Below, piece by piece: positions 13,446-23,680 of a DNA stretch of 64,000 nucleotides (the stretch's first letter is position 1; every line of letters begins with the position of its first letter). Source of the DNA: Squalus acanthias (lineage: Eukaryota); NCBI GenBank assembly GCA_030390025.1, contig CM059437.1:77874001-77938000 (forward strand). The letters are read 5' to 3'. The notes below the pieces were generated by a model. It saw nothing but the letters and a program-made list of their open reading frames with translations. It did not search any database and was not told the DNA's origin. Position numbers and translations under genes: made by a program.

Positions 13446-14255
13446 TTCCTGTGTTTCTAATCTAAACAAGGTACTGCTGGCAGTGAAGTAATACTCTAAT
13501 TACCAATGTGAGAGGAGCTACAGAATAATCACAGCTTCAATCCAACTAGACCATTCCTCCCACTGACCGTGTACTATCTGCCTTATCATTGGCTCAACCA
13601 AGCATAATTAATCTCCTGAGGGAAAGGCCTCTGTGACCTCCAAAGGTAATCGAGCAAAACTCCAGAACATCTATCGGAACCAACTGCAGACAGCACACCC
13701 CAACCTTTAAAGGAACTCCGAGAGCTAAATATTTTTCAGCTCTTGGACCCCCAATGAGATTTTTTCATGCCAAGGTTAATTCTGCCAATTCTCTTTTTGA
13801 CTACATCCTGTAAAAACACCAAAGTTAATTTCATTGTTGATTTTTTCAGTACATTAAACTATACTGAGACAAAAATCCTTTACAAATGCCTGAAAGTAAT
13901 TTTAAGTAGATCATTGGCATTGTTTTCTAAACCAATAGAATGCGATTTAGATTAAAAACAGCTGCCAAAAATATCATAAAATATTATGAAAACCATGTGC
14001 CCAGTCCCATGATTCCAGCAATGTGTCCATTCACTTTACCAGCCTGTTTACAAAATCACTTGTGCTGCCATAAATCTGTTTCATTATTTTTATTGTACAA
14101 CCGCCATTATTTTAAATTTGTTTGCAGTTGGTTTCCTTTACTCTCGCTATGGTTCTTCCAAGTATCCATCAGGAATGGCACCACCAAGTTCAGCATTGCT
14201 TTTTCATAAGCTGTTTATGCTTGACAGAGGTGGGAGAAAGGTGGGAACAAATATG

Positions 14256-14655
14256 GGGAGAGAAAGCCTGAGAGAGGAGGGAGCAGGGTGGAAATGGGAT
14301 ACGGGGAGAGAAAGCCTGAGCGAGGAGGAAGCAGGGTGGAAATGGGATACGGGAGGAAAAAGCCTGAACGAGGAGGGAGCAGTGGTGATGGCAGGAATGC
14401 GATAAGGGGAGGGAAAGTCTGAGCAAGGAGGGAGCAGGGTGGGAATGGGATACGGGGAGAGAAAGCCTGAGCAAGGAGGGAGCAGGGTGGGAATGGGATG
14501 CGGGGAGAGAAAGCCTGAGCGAGGAGGGAGCAGGGTGGGAATGGGATGCGGGGAGAGAAAGCCTGAGAGGAGGGAGCAGGGTGAGGGTAGGAATGGGATA
14601 TGGGGAGGAATCTGGGTGAGGATGGGAATGGGATACGAGGAGGGAAAGCCTGAGA
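14256..14655 (+). repeat. G-rich 48-bp minisatellite, about 8 units
   Basis: Unit ggggagagaaagcctgagcgaggagggagcagggtgggaatgggatgc; gaaagcc recurs at 14461 and 14509. Confidence 0.9.
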
Positions 14656-14656
14656 A

Positions 14657-14790
14657 ACAAAGTTGGCATGTAAATACATGACAATGCGGGTGACTACGGT
14701 ATCAATTAAAAATTCAATTAAAGCCATGATTAACTAAGATTAAAAAATTAAATTGTGAGATTAATTGCGATTACATTTTTTTAAAACCGG
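14657..14790 (+). mobile_element. Degenerate hAT transposon 3' remnant
   Basis: Translation KLACKYMTMRVTTVS resembles the hAT dimerisation-domain LARKYLxxPATTV motif. It is followed by gattaattgcgatta subterminal-like repeats. Confidence 0.4.
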
Positions 14791-16317
14791 ATGACTAAGG
14801 ATTTATTAAAACAACCAATCCAATCAGGATAACCTATCACTAAAAGACAGAAATTTGAAACTAACATTTTCATCACAAACTAACATTGCTAATGTCCAAA
14901 ATAAGATTTGTTACATATAAGACAGTAAATAATTACGTATTTTAGAATAACATGATTAAACTTTAACTATAAAGTGTTTACTTAAAAAGCTTAGCTGGGC
15001 TTAAAGTTGATACTTTTGCCCAGAGTTGTAACTTTGTTAGTTTAAGGCCGATCCTGGAGCCTGAACAAATCCAGTGTGTACAATTTGCTCGATGCCTCAG
15101 TAGAATTTTACCAGACCATGGATAAATATTTTTTTCCCAGTGGAAAAGTCTAACTGCGTCTTGCTGTATAATAATGTTTGTATATTTTTGAACATTATTT
15201 TAATGCAACATGTACAATGAACTTGAGCAGATTTTCAACTAAACTTTTAAACTAAAACTATTAATTTGTACTTCAGGAGGCAGTTTAAGCTGAGGCAGAT
15301 GTGTGAGGGCAATGCTATGGCAACCATTGCAGGAACAAAGCACAGATATAATCCTGTAATTGTGACATTTTTTCTATTTATGCAAGAAAGCTTATATCGA
15401 AGAGAACTTTTTCTTAAAAGGCATTAATTTTGAAAAGGTTTGGGTTAATCAGAGTAGGTTAATTGCCACTTGTGTTTCTTTATATTTAGCCTTGTCTTTG
15501 CAAATCTAATTACATAACCTGCGACATCCAAATGTAACCATTCAAATTAATTACAGCTCGGTTAGTTACATAACAAGGAAGAAGCCAGCAGCTAAAAGGT
15601 GTCATTTTAACTGAACCCACCCACCAGAAAACTGACGGGATCGGATCACCCGCCCCATTTACACCCCGCCCAATTTTACATTTAATATCAGACGTTGGAC
15701 TTCATCTCCACTGCTACCAGATCCTAAGACAAACTACCTTGACTCCTGACAGAACCTTGTACCTTCCCACGTTCAATAATCTAAATTCGAGGCACCACTC
15801 CACCCTCCACACAGTGCTGCCATACCCCAGGACAACCCTCTCTATTGTTGCCAGGCTCTAACATCTGGCCCAGTGCTGCCAGACCTAGAGCCCTCCCCAA
15901 GTACAGCCATATTGCCAACCCCACCCCGCCCCATCAGTTCTTGCACACACCCTAGGATCCCCTCTATGCTCCATACACCAGTACCCTCCCCAGTGCTGCC
16001 ACCTCCTGCTCCTCCACCCTTGCACCAGTGATGACAAATCCCTGGGAAGCCCCCTCGCAGTGCTATTATATCCCTCTCCTCCACGATTGCCAAATCTTGT
16101 AAAGCCGCCCACTATTGCTGGATTCCACCGATTGCCCAGTCAATGAAATCCCACACCCCGCCCACCCCAATGTTAGCAAGCTATAGGTTTGAACTTCAAA
16201 GTGCTACCATACCCCAGAGCTTCGTATAGATACCACCTTGGATGCAGTGGCATCAGTCACTCCTGTATGTAGTCCGAGCACTTTACCTTCGTGGGGGATG
16301 ACTCAAACGAAGGAACG

Positions 16318-16651
16318 AGCTTGTATTTAGCTCCTTTCACAACCTCATGACATCCTAAAGTGCTTTACCGCCAATGACGTGCTTTTGAAGTGTAGTTACT
16401 GTTGTAATGTAGTAAGAGTAGCAGCCATTAGCAAACAGCGATGAGATAATGACCAGATAATCTGTTTTTAGTGATGTTGGTTGAGGGATAAATATTTGCC
16501 AGGACACCAAAGAGAACCGGCTCTTCTTCCAATAGTGCCATGGGATCTTTTACATCCACCTGAGAGAGCAGACGGGGCCTCAATTTAACGTCTCATCCAA
16601 AAGACGGCACCTCCGACAGTGCAGCACTCCCTCAGTACTGCACTGCAGTGT
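16318..16651 (-). mobile_element. Deu-domain SINE (SacSINE1/AmnSINE1-like), 5'-truncated
   Basis: Core ccatgggatcttttacatccacctgagagagcagacggggcctc is shared with several copies in the window. Confidence 0.8.
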
Positions 16652-17467
16652 CTCTGTCTACTTGTATGATAGCGGGACCCAGGAGTGTAACAATGAAACT
16701 CCCTTGTGATCTGGGCCAGATTTCCATGTCTTGCACAGGTAAACTTCGTCAATCTCTCCAATGACTGACCAAGTTAACTATAGTTGTGGCAAAGTTTGGT
16801 TTGATTTGTAAACTGCTTTAGTCCACAATAAGGTGGAATGTGATCAGTCAGTTACTTCGTCCAGTTGGTACAACTTGCGTTCACAATGATGCAAAATAAA
16901 GAGCACGCGACACTATCCCACTTGGTCAGTCGCCTTATTTAACTTGAACAGAATAACCTCTCTGCATTCTATCCTACCTTCCCAGGGCAGCAACACTCTC
17001 CCTCCAGAGCCCTTTGCTGCCTGACTGCCTGTGCAACCCTTTTTCCAAAAGGCAGCCTCGCCTGCCTTCCTCGGTGTCTGTGCTCTGCTTTTTGTTGAGT
17101 GTTCACAGTTGTGGAGATCAAAACCCTTCCAACACACTGGGTGCAAGATGTTCTTTTCTTAGAAATGAGCCACTGAATTGCTAATCGTTTGATCCTTGTG
17201 GCAAAACAACCTTAACTCAAAACACATTCTAAATTAACTTGTATCTAGATCCTTTCTGTGGAAAAATGTCCAAATAATCCTGAAATCCACACTAACCCAG
17301 TCCACACTATTGCTAACCCCCACATACATGAGCTGCAAAAAAAAAGGTTGAGGTAAACATCAGATATATAGCTAAAGGAAAATCTAACATTAATCTACAT
17401 TTCCGATTTTCACGAGGATTTGTCTTAATCAGTCACCATGAATCAGGAATAACAACAACAACAACAG

Positions 17468-17984
17468 ACCCTCACCTCCCCTTTCAGCATTCCGTAGGGA
17501 CCGCTCCCTCCGCGACACCCCAGTCCACTCCTCTACCACCCCCAGCACCCCTTCCCCTTCACCCGGCACCTTCCCGTGCAAGCGCAGGAGATGCAACACA
17601 TGCCCTTATACCTCCCCCCTTCCCACTGTCCAGGGCCCCAAACACCCCTTCCAGGTGAAACAGCGATTTACTTGTACTTCCTGCAATTTAGTACACTGTA
17701 TTCGCTGCTCACGATGTGGTCTCCTCTACATTGGGGAGACCAAACGCAGATTGGGTGACCGCTTTGCGGAACACCTCCGTTCAGTCCGTAAGGGGGACCC
17801 CGAGCTCCCGGTGGCCTGTCACTTTAATTCACCGCTCCATTCCCACTCTGACCTTACCGTCCTCGGCCTCTTGCATTGTTCCACAGAAGCTCAGCGTAAG
17901 CTCGAGGAACAGCACCTCATCTTCCAATTAGGCACTCTACAGCCCTCTGGACTCAACATAGAGTTCAACAATTTCAGATCATAA
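17468..17984 (+). CDS. PLE ORF C-terminus (linker + GIY-YIG endonuclease), partial
   Basis: The stop-free frame extends ORF 17655-17984 upstream (PLSAFRRDRSLRD...GTFPCKRRRCNTCP). Confidence 0.85.
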
Positions 17985-18312
17985 CCCCGGCCCCTATCAC
18001 ATATATATTTTTTTATTTTATTTATTTTTTATCCACACTTTTGTTTGGCCTTTTTTTCTTCCCTCCCACATGGCAGCTGTCCTTCATTCTGCCAGCGCAA
18101 TTCACACTTCATCTAGAGCCATCCTTTGTTCCTCAACCTGTCCCATTTCCACCTCCTCTTGCCTTGAATATCTCTTAATGTCTCTCAATGTCTCTTAATC
18201 GCTCCTGCTTTCTATCCTATCACTGACCTTCCCTTTTGTTCTTTCATCCCCTCCCCCCCCTTTCCCAGCCCTAAACTTGCTTTAAAATCTATTTCATTTC
18301 CTGCTTTTTTCC

Positions 18313-18349
18313 AGTTCTGACGAAAGGTCTTCGACCTGAAACGTTAACT
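18313..18349 (+). ncRNA. Minimal type I hammerhead ribozyme motif (PLE family A)
   Basis: AGUU-CUGACGA-A-AGGUC UUC GACCU-GAAAC-GUU-AACU: conserved core, stem I AGUU/AACU, 5-bp stem II, palindromic AACGUU stem III. Confidence 0.75.
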
Positions 18350-20560
18350 CTGTTTCTCTCTCCACGGATGCTGCCTGGCCTGCTGAGTTTTCCAGCATTT
18401 TCTGTTGTTATTTCAGATTTCCAGCATCTGCAGTATTTTGCTATCGTACCATGAATCAGGACCCTGATCATGTTTTACCTGAAATGATGTAGCACCGCTA
18501 TTGTTAGAAAATAGTTTACCCACCCCCAACTCAACATGAGCAATGCCATGAGAGAGTTAATAAAAAGAAAAATCCTTATATAGCATTTTGCATATGCAAA
18601 TCGGGGCCTAATGCCTGTTTCAGGCCCTCCTCCTTGCGAAACTCTATTGCGACAGACCCCAGCATGTGTCGTGCATATGCTTGGCAGCCAAACCAGTGGT
18701 CCCTAAAGGGACTGCTGGAGGCTGCCTCGCGAAAGGTAAGTTTAACTTTTTCAACCTCTCTGCATTCTATCCTAGTGTGGAGCTGGGAGAAGTAAGAGTG
18801 TTCCTCCTGGCTCCACATTAAATCTGAGGACCACTTCCAGCCACCGCAAGGCCCCTCTCCCAATTGCCTCCGCCCGCCAGACTCCGTTGAGGACCTTGCC
18901 CACCGTCTGCCGGATGAAGTTGTCCGCTCCCCCCCATGACCGTGACAGGCATCCGCAGATTGCCGGTATTAAACAAATGAGGCCAGCGGACCAATTTGGT
19001 TTGCTCCTGCCACCACCGCTGTCATTAGGCGCGTGCAGCATGCGCAGCACCGGGATTGCACCCCAACTCGGGCACGATCCAATTTCAAGGCCACGGTATC
19101 CAGAATATTGACAGTCACTCTCTGCTCTCTTCACTGTGAAAGCATGGCCAAATTAATGCACCAAACTGTAACACTTCGACAACTAGTTTGTCTGTGGTGC
19201 TTTCAGAAAATGCTGTAAAGCACATTGTGGCATAATTCTGCGCACTTCTGAAATTCTTTTCTGCAATAATTGCAGAAATAATATTTGAAGATGCAGCTTG
19301 GAATCTGCGCCTTGTTTGAAAACTTTAGAGAGTGTTCACTTCCTGCGCCCAAAAAGGTTTTTTGCAAACTAAAACTTGTAAATGATGCTCTGTAATATCA
19401 TTGTGTGAATGCTTAATGTATCCCAGCAAATTCCTCTGCTGTTTTAACAGATATGTTAACCCTTTGTTAAATGGGTTAAGGCCTTGGTTGAAATAGCAGA
19501 GGAATTTGAATTAAATTGTTTAGTCTTCTTATGATATTAATGCTCAGCATAATTCTGAGGTGCTAGAGGAAGATCTACATTAATCTATGTGCACTGAATG
19601 TACAGTTATGTAATGATGACAAGAATTGATTCACAATTTGGGGGTCAGTTATCTTTTTATATATATATAATTTTTTTTTTCAGTGAGTACTATAGCCTGA
19701 GAAGCATGCAAAGAAAAAGCAGTTTATTATTAAATACTGACAAATTATTTTTCCATGATTGTTACCAATTATAATTTGCAAACTGTGGAAATTGTAGAAC
19801 CATTCCATGCTTTAGTCCAAAGACAAAATGTTGTAAGTATAGTTCTTCCAAAAATTACTACATATTAACCATACATCAATTGTCAAAAAATGAGTGTTTC
19901 CATTCCTACAAATAAAACCATTATTAATCTCTGCCAGTATTCGTCTCTTACAGTCCATTAAGCTAATGAAAATTTTGTGAATTGTAATACTTATAGATAA
20001 TTTTATGTCCGAGTTTCTTGAATACTTTTTCAGCTGGCTAACTATAAACATTGTACACACACTCCATCCAAAAGCGATTGTGCAACTTTGAACCAATTTG
20101 ACTAGTTTTTGCAATTGATCTGAGTTCATTTCCACAGCTGCTCCTATCCATCAGCATAACTCTTCGAGGTACAAGGAGAGATCACACATTTTGTTTTCAT
20201 GGGAGAAAAGAGCATTGAGAGAAGTTGTGTACCAACACTTTAAAATATACAAAAGGGCCTCAGCATGTCTGAGCTAGGGAGGCGACAAATTCACCCAGGG
20301 ATTCCAGTCCTGATTGCTGTCCGACGATCCCCCATTGGAAAGTGTGCATATGTGGATGGCGGGAGAGAGTGGGAGTGGGATTGATTGTGATCCCCAATGG
20401 TCGATTCATCTGCCAACACTATGTCTAGGTTACCACATGAATAACGGCCACTTGGGCAGCTGGTACCCTTCAACTGTACTTCAGCTTAAGCCAACCCCTT
20501 GCAGATAAAATTGGAAGATAAATAAACAGAAAGAACATATGAAAGGCTGTAGAAGACATT

Positions 20561-21323
20561 GGCCCAGAAATTTGACTCGGAGGCTTACCGCGGGGGTAAG
20601 GATCGCGCGCGATATCACACTCCGCGCCGGCCGTTGTGTTTTGGGCCCACAGGAACTTCGGGTCCTGGGCCTCTCCCTAGTGCCGGTGCGCAGTGTGTGC
20701 GTGTCCCAGGGGCGCAGTTAGTGCGATGCGACCTCTGGGATCACGTGAGCCATGGAGAGCCAATGGCAGCAGACCATCTTTCATTCATAGATTTGACAGG
20801 AGACCTGTCAAATCTGTGAATTGAAAGAGACCCCAAAAGAACAGCTAAACCTCAAATAAATTTTTTTTTAAAACCATCACATTAATAAAATAACTATAGT
20901 TAAATAAATTAACCACTTTAAATAAAAATTTAAATTTTTGAAAAAATTAAAAAAAATTTAAAAGTTATAAAAATAAACTTACCTTTCTTTAAAGTCTCTA
21001 AAAAAGATAAACCTGTTGAAAAAAATTAAAAATTATACTTAATTAACTACTTACCTAGTTCAAAAGGGGTCTTACGCCTCCTTTTTTCTTGTGTAAAATC
21101 TTCCATACTTACCCTCGCGTTGAAACCTGAAAAAAAAACAAGTGTGCTGCGTGCGCACAGCCTGTAGTGTGCACGTGGTTCACCTAGGAAACGCCCCCTT
21201 CGCCATACCGGAAGTGCCGGTTTCCCGCGCATGCGCAGTGCATGCAGGAAACCGGCACTTCGGGACCGAATAAGTGGGAGTAGACAGCGGGTACTCTCCC
21301 GTATTCGGCCGAATTTTTGGGCC
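20561..21323 (+). mobile_element. MITE / non-autonomous DNA transposon (probably Harbinger-related)
   Basis: TIRs ggcccagaaatt and aatttttgggcc. A full-length related copy lies in the opposite orientation at 58020-58784. Confidence 0.8.
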
Positions 21324-22849
21324 ATAGTATTTAACATAAACTGTAATTGCAGAACTAGATAATATAACTAGAAAATTTGAAAACCAAGTGGCCTGTGTCA
21401 CTAGAGGCGAGAAGATTGTTTTCTGCTTCACGCTGTAAGAAAGCCTAGTTTTAGGCCTCTTGTCCAATAGGTTAGAGCCGACACCAATTGGTTACAGTAA
21501 CAGCTTATTTCGAGGAGTAAAACAAAGATTGAAGCATGCAAGTATCTAAGTAGCAATTAACAAAACGGAGCAAGAAATTATATTACCGGGTCGTAACTAT
21601 AGAGGCCTGTTGCTTCTTTCTGTCTACGACTGTCATCTTCGCCTGGTGATTGCCTCTCCGCTAACAAAAGCCCAATTTCCCGGTATTATACCCTAAAAAA
21701 CGGAACTGCGGCAAAATACATCCAATCCACACAGACTAATAGATTTGTGAAACAGCCTCCTAACAAGCAATTGGTATGATGCTGATTTACTCCTTTAAAG
21801 GAGCTGTATGAATTTTCTGGTTACGGATTAGATTGAAGGCTCTAAATATAGATATCAAATATAAAGTAGTTTATAGATCATAATGGTTCCAATCCTACCA
21901 GGATCATGGAAGTGTCATCTGCGAAATTCAGTCGCTGAATAATATAGACTGTGATGTGAGGTATTTATCCTCGAGTTTATCAGATTGCAGTTGATGCTGA
22001 AGAGAAAATTCAGCAGAGTTTCTCTTGGAGGTTCAGTCTGTGAATATTCACCTCTCTTTGGATAATAAATAAGTTGAGAAGAGCCCATAATCCTGCAGGT
22101 TGTACATGGGGTATTGGCTGCAGAAGGTTTCATGGTGTTTTTTTTGTGCCAAATTTCTTTATGTTCTGATGAGGTGTCAGCAAAAATGGGTTTTGTGGTG
22201 GGCAACACTTTTACACGCGGAGTAATCTTTCTGCTTTTTGCAGTGGGAGAAGGAAATCCAGTACTGAAGTGAGTCTCTTCCACTTCAGATTCTAGCAGTC
22301 ATTGGCCCTGGATTTACTCACGTTTTGCAATGGGTTTGGGGAGTGAGTACAGAATAGTGACATTTTTTGGAATGCATTTTGGAGTGGAGCTTATTTCCAC
22401 AGGGTTACTGTCCTGTAACCGCTGTTCTGGCTTTCTGTTTGTGTGCACCAGTGCTGTTGGGAGATCACTGTAATAATGTAAACAAGATGGACCCAAAAAC
22501 CTGTGACTTGTGCCCCCAATTACCACGAGAAGCTTAGAACAAATGAAAAGAGGCATTCCTGTTGGCATCAGCTGATAGTGCTTTTACTTTGGAGCCAACA
22601 GCTCAGCGAAACTTTGAAGAGTGATTGCTTGAATTACAGGAGAGGTTTTGGAGCAACTTTTTTTGAGTTGCACATGGACAGAGTTGCTCTTGCCTCTGAC
22701 CGCTTGAGGTCATGTGCAACCAGCAGGATACGTTTCTGCCCCACCCTCAGTAAGAGGTTCTGAGTAACAGTTGTGTGATTCCCAGTGGCCATGCCCTTGT
22801 TCTTTATTTTAATGGAGGAGGGTGAGCAATAAGGGATGGAGGAAAGGAG

Positions 22850-23520
22850 GCTGAGGCAACATTTGAGGAGGATGTGTCCTACATGATATTACCCCAAATA
22901 ATTTACAGGCCATGAGGAGCTCTGTATGAGTGGAGTGGATTTGACCAAAGAAGCTCTAGGGGAATGTGGCAGCTACTACGTCATCTGCCTGGACAGCTCT
23001 GCCTGGGGCTGTAAAGTTACCACTGCATTCAATTTCTATGCCACTGACTCGTTTCAGTCAGCCGTAGGGGATCTGTGTAATATCACCCAGGGTGCTGTCA
23101 AGACGTGTATTTGTGAGGTAACTGATGCCACTTTTATCAGAGCTGCGGAATTCATCCAATTTGGCATAACCGCAAGGCAGCGGGTGTGATAGAGCCACGC
23201 AGCTTTATCGTGCTGGCTTACCAAAAGTGCAGGATGCAATAGGCGGCATGCACATTGTATTGTGAACCCCTACAGTTAACACACCAACTTTCTGAACCGA
23301 AAGGGTTCCACTCCCTGAATGTCCAGACTGTGCATGCCCAGACACAAAGAACTATCCGCGTAAATGGAAGATTTGTTGGGCCTTCGCCCTCCGGAATTCT
23401 CTCCTTGGTGAACTCTTTGAGGAAGATAGCCAAGTGACCAGATGGCTTGTGACTGACAAAGCGTACCCCTTGCTACCATGGGTAGTGCTATCATTCGTCC
23501 ATCGCAACACTAGTAGAAGC
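22850..23520 (+). pseudogene. Old, degraded Harbinger transposase
   Basis: KVTTAFNFYATDSFQ...ITQGAV...EVTDA and KGFHSLNVQ motifs align with the transposase at 47.3 kb. Confidence 0.75.
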
Positions 23521-23544
23521 CCAGCCAGCCCTTCCCTGGCTCTG

Positions 23545-23680
23545 CGTTTGCTTAAAAGCTGTTCACCTGCAACAACTTCCAGTTCTGAGGCAAGGTCATC
23601 GACCTGAAACATTAACTCTGGTTCCCTCTCCACAGATGCTGCCTGACCAGCTGAGTGTTTCCAGCATTTTCTGGTTTTTT
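23545..23680 (+). mobile_element. PLE family A terminal-repeat fragment with a mutated hammerhead core
   Basis: agttctgaggcaaggtcatcgacctgaaacattaactctg...gatgctgcctgacc matches 18313-18410. Confidence 0.8.

Larger units (their letters stand above)
17449..18447 (+). mobile_element. Penelope-like element (Neptune-type) 3' part with GIY-YIG endonuclease and terminal repeat
   Basis: Open frame to 17984: CKRRRCNTC...VHCIRCSRCGLLYIGETKRRLGDRFAEH...PVACHF...GLN. TSD accatgaatcagga at 17435-17448 and 18448-18461. Confidence 0.92.

Noticed and set aside
14118..14727. Several ORFs of 80-170 aa
   Set aside because: Artefacts of a stop-free 48-bp minisatellite.
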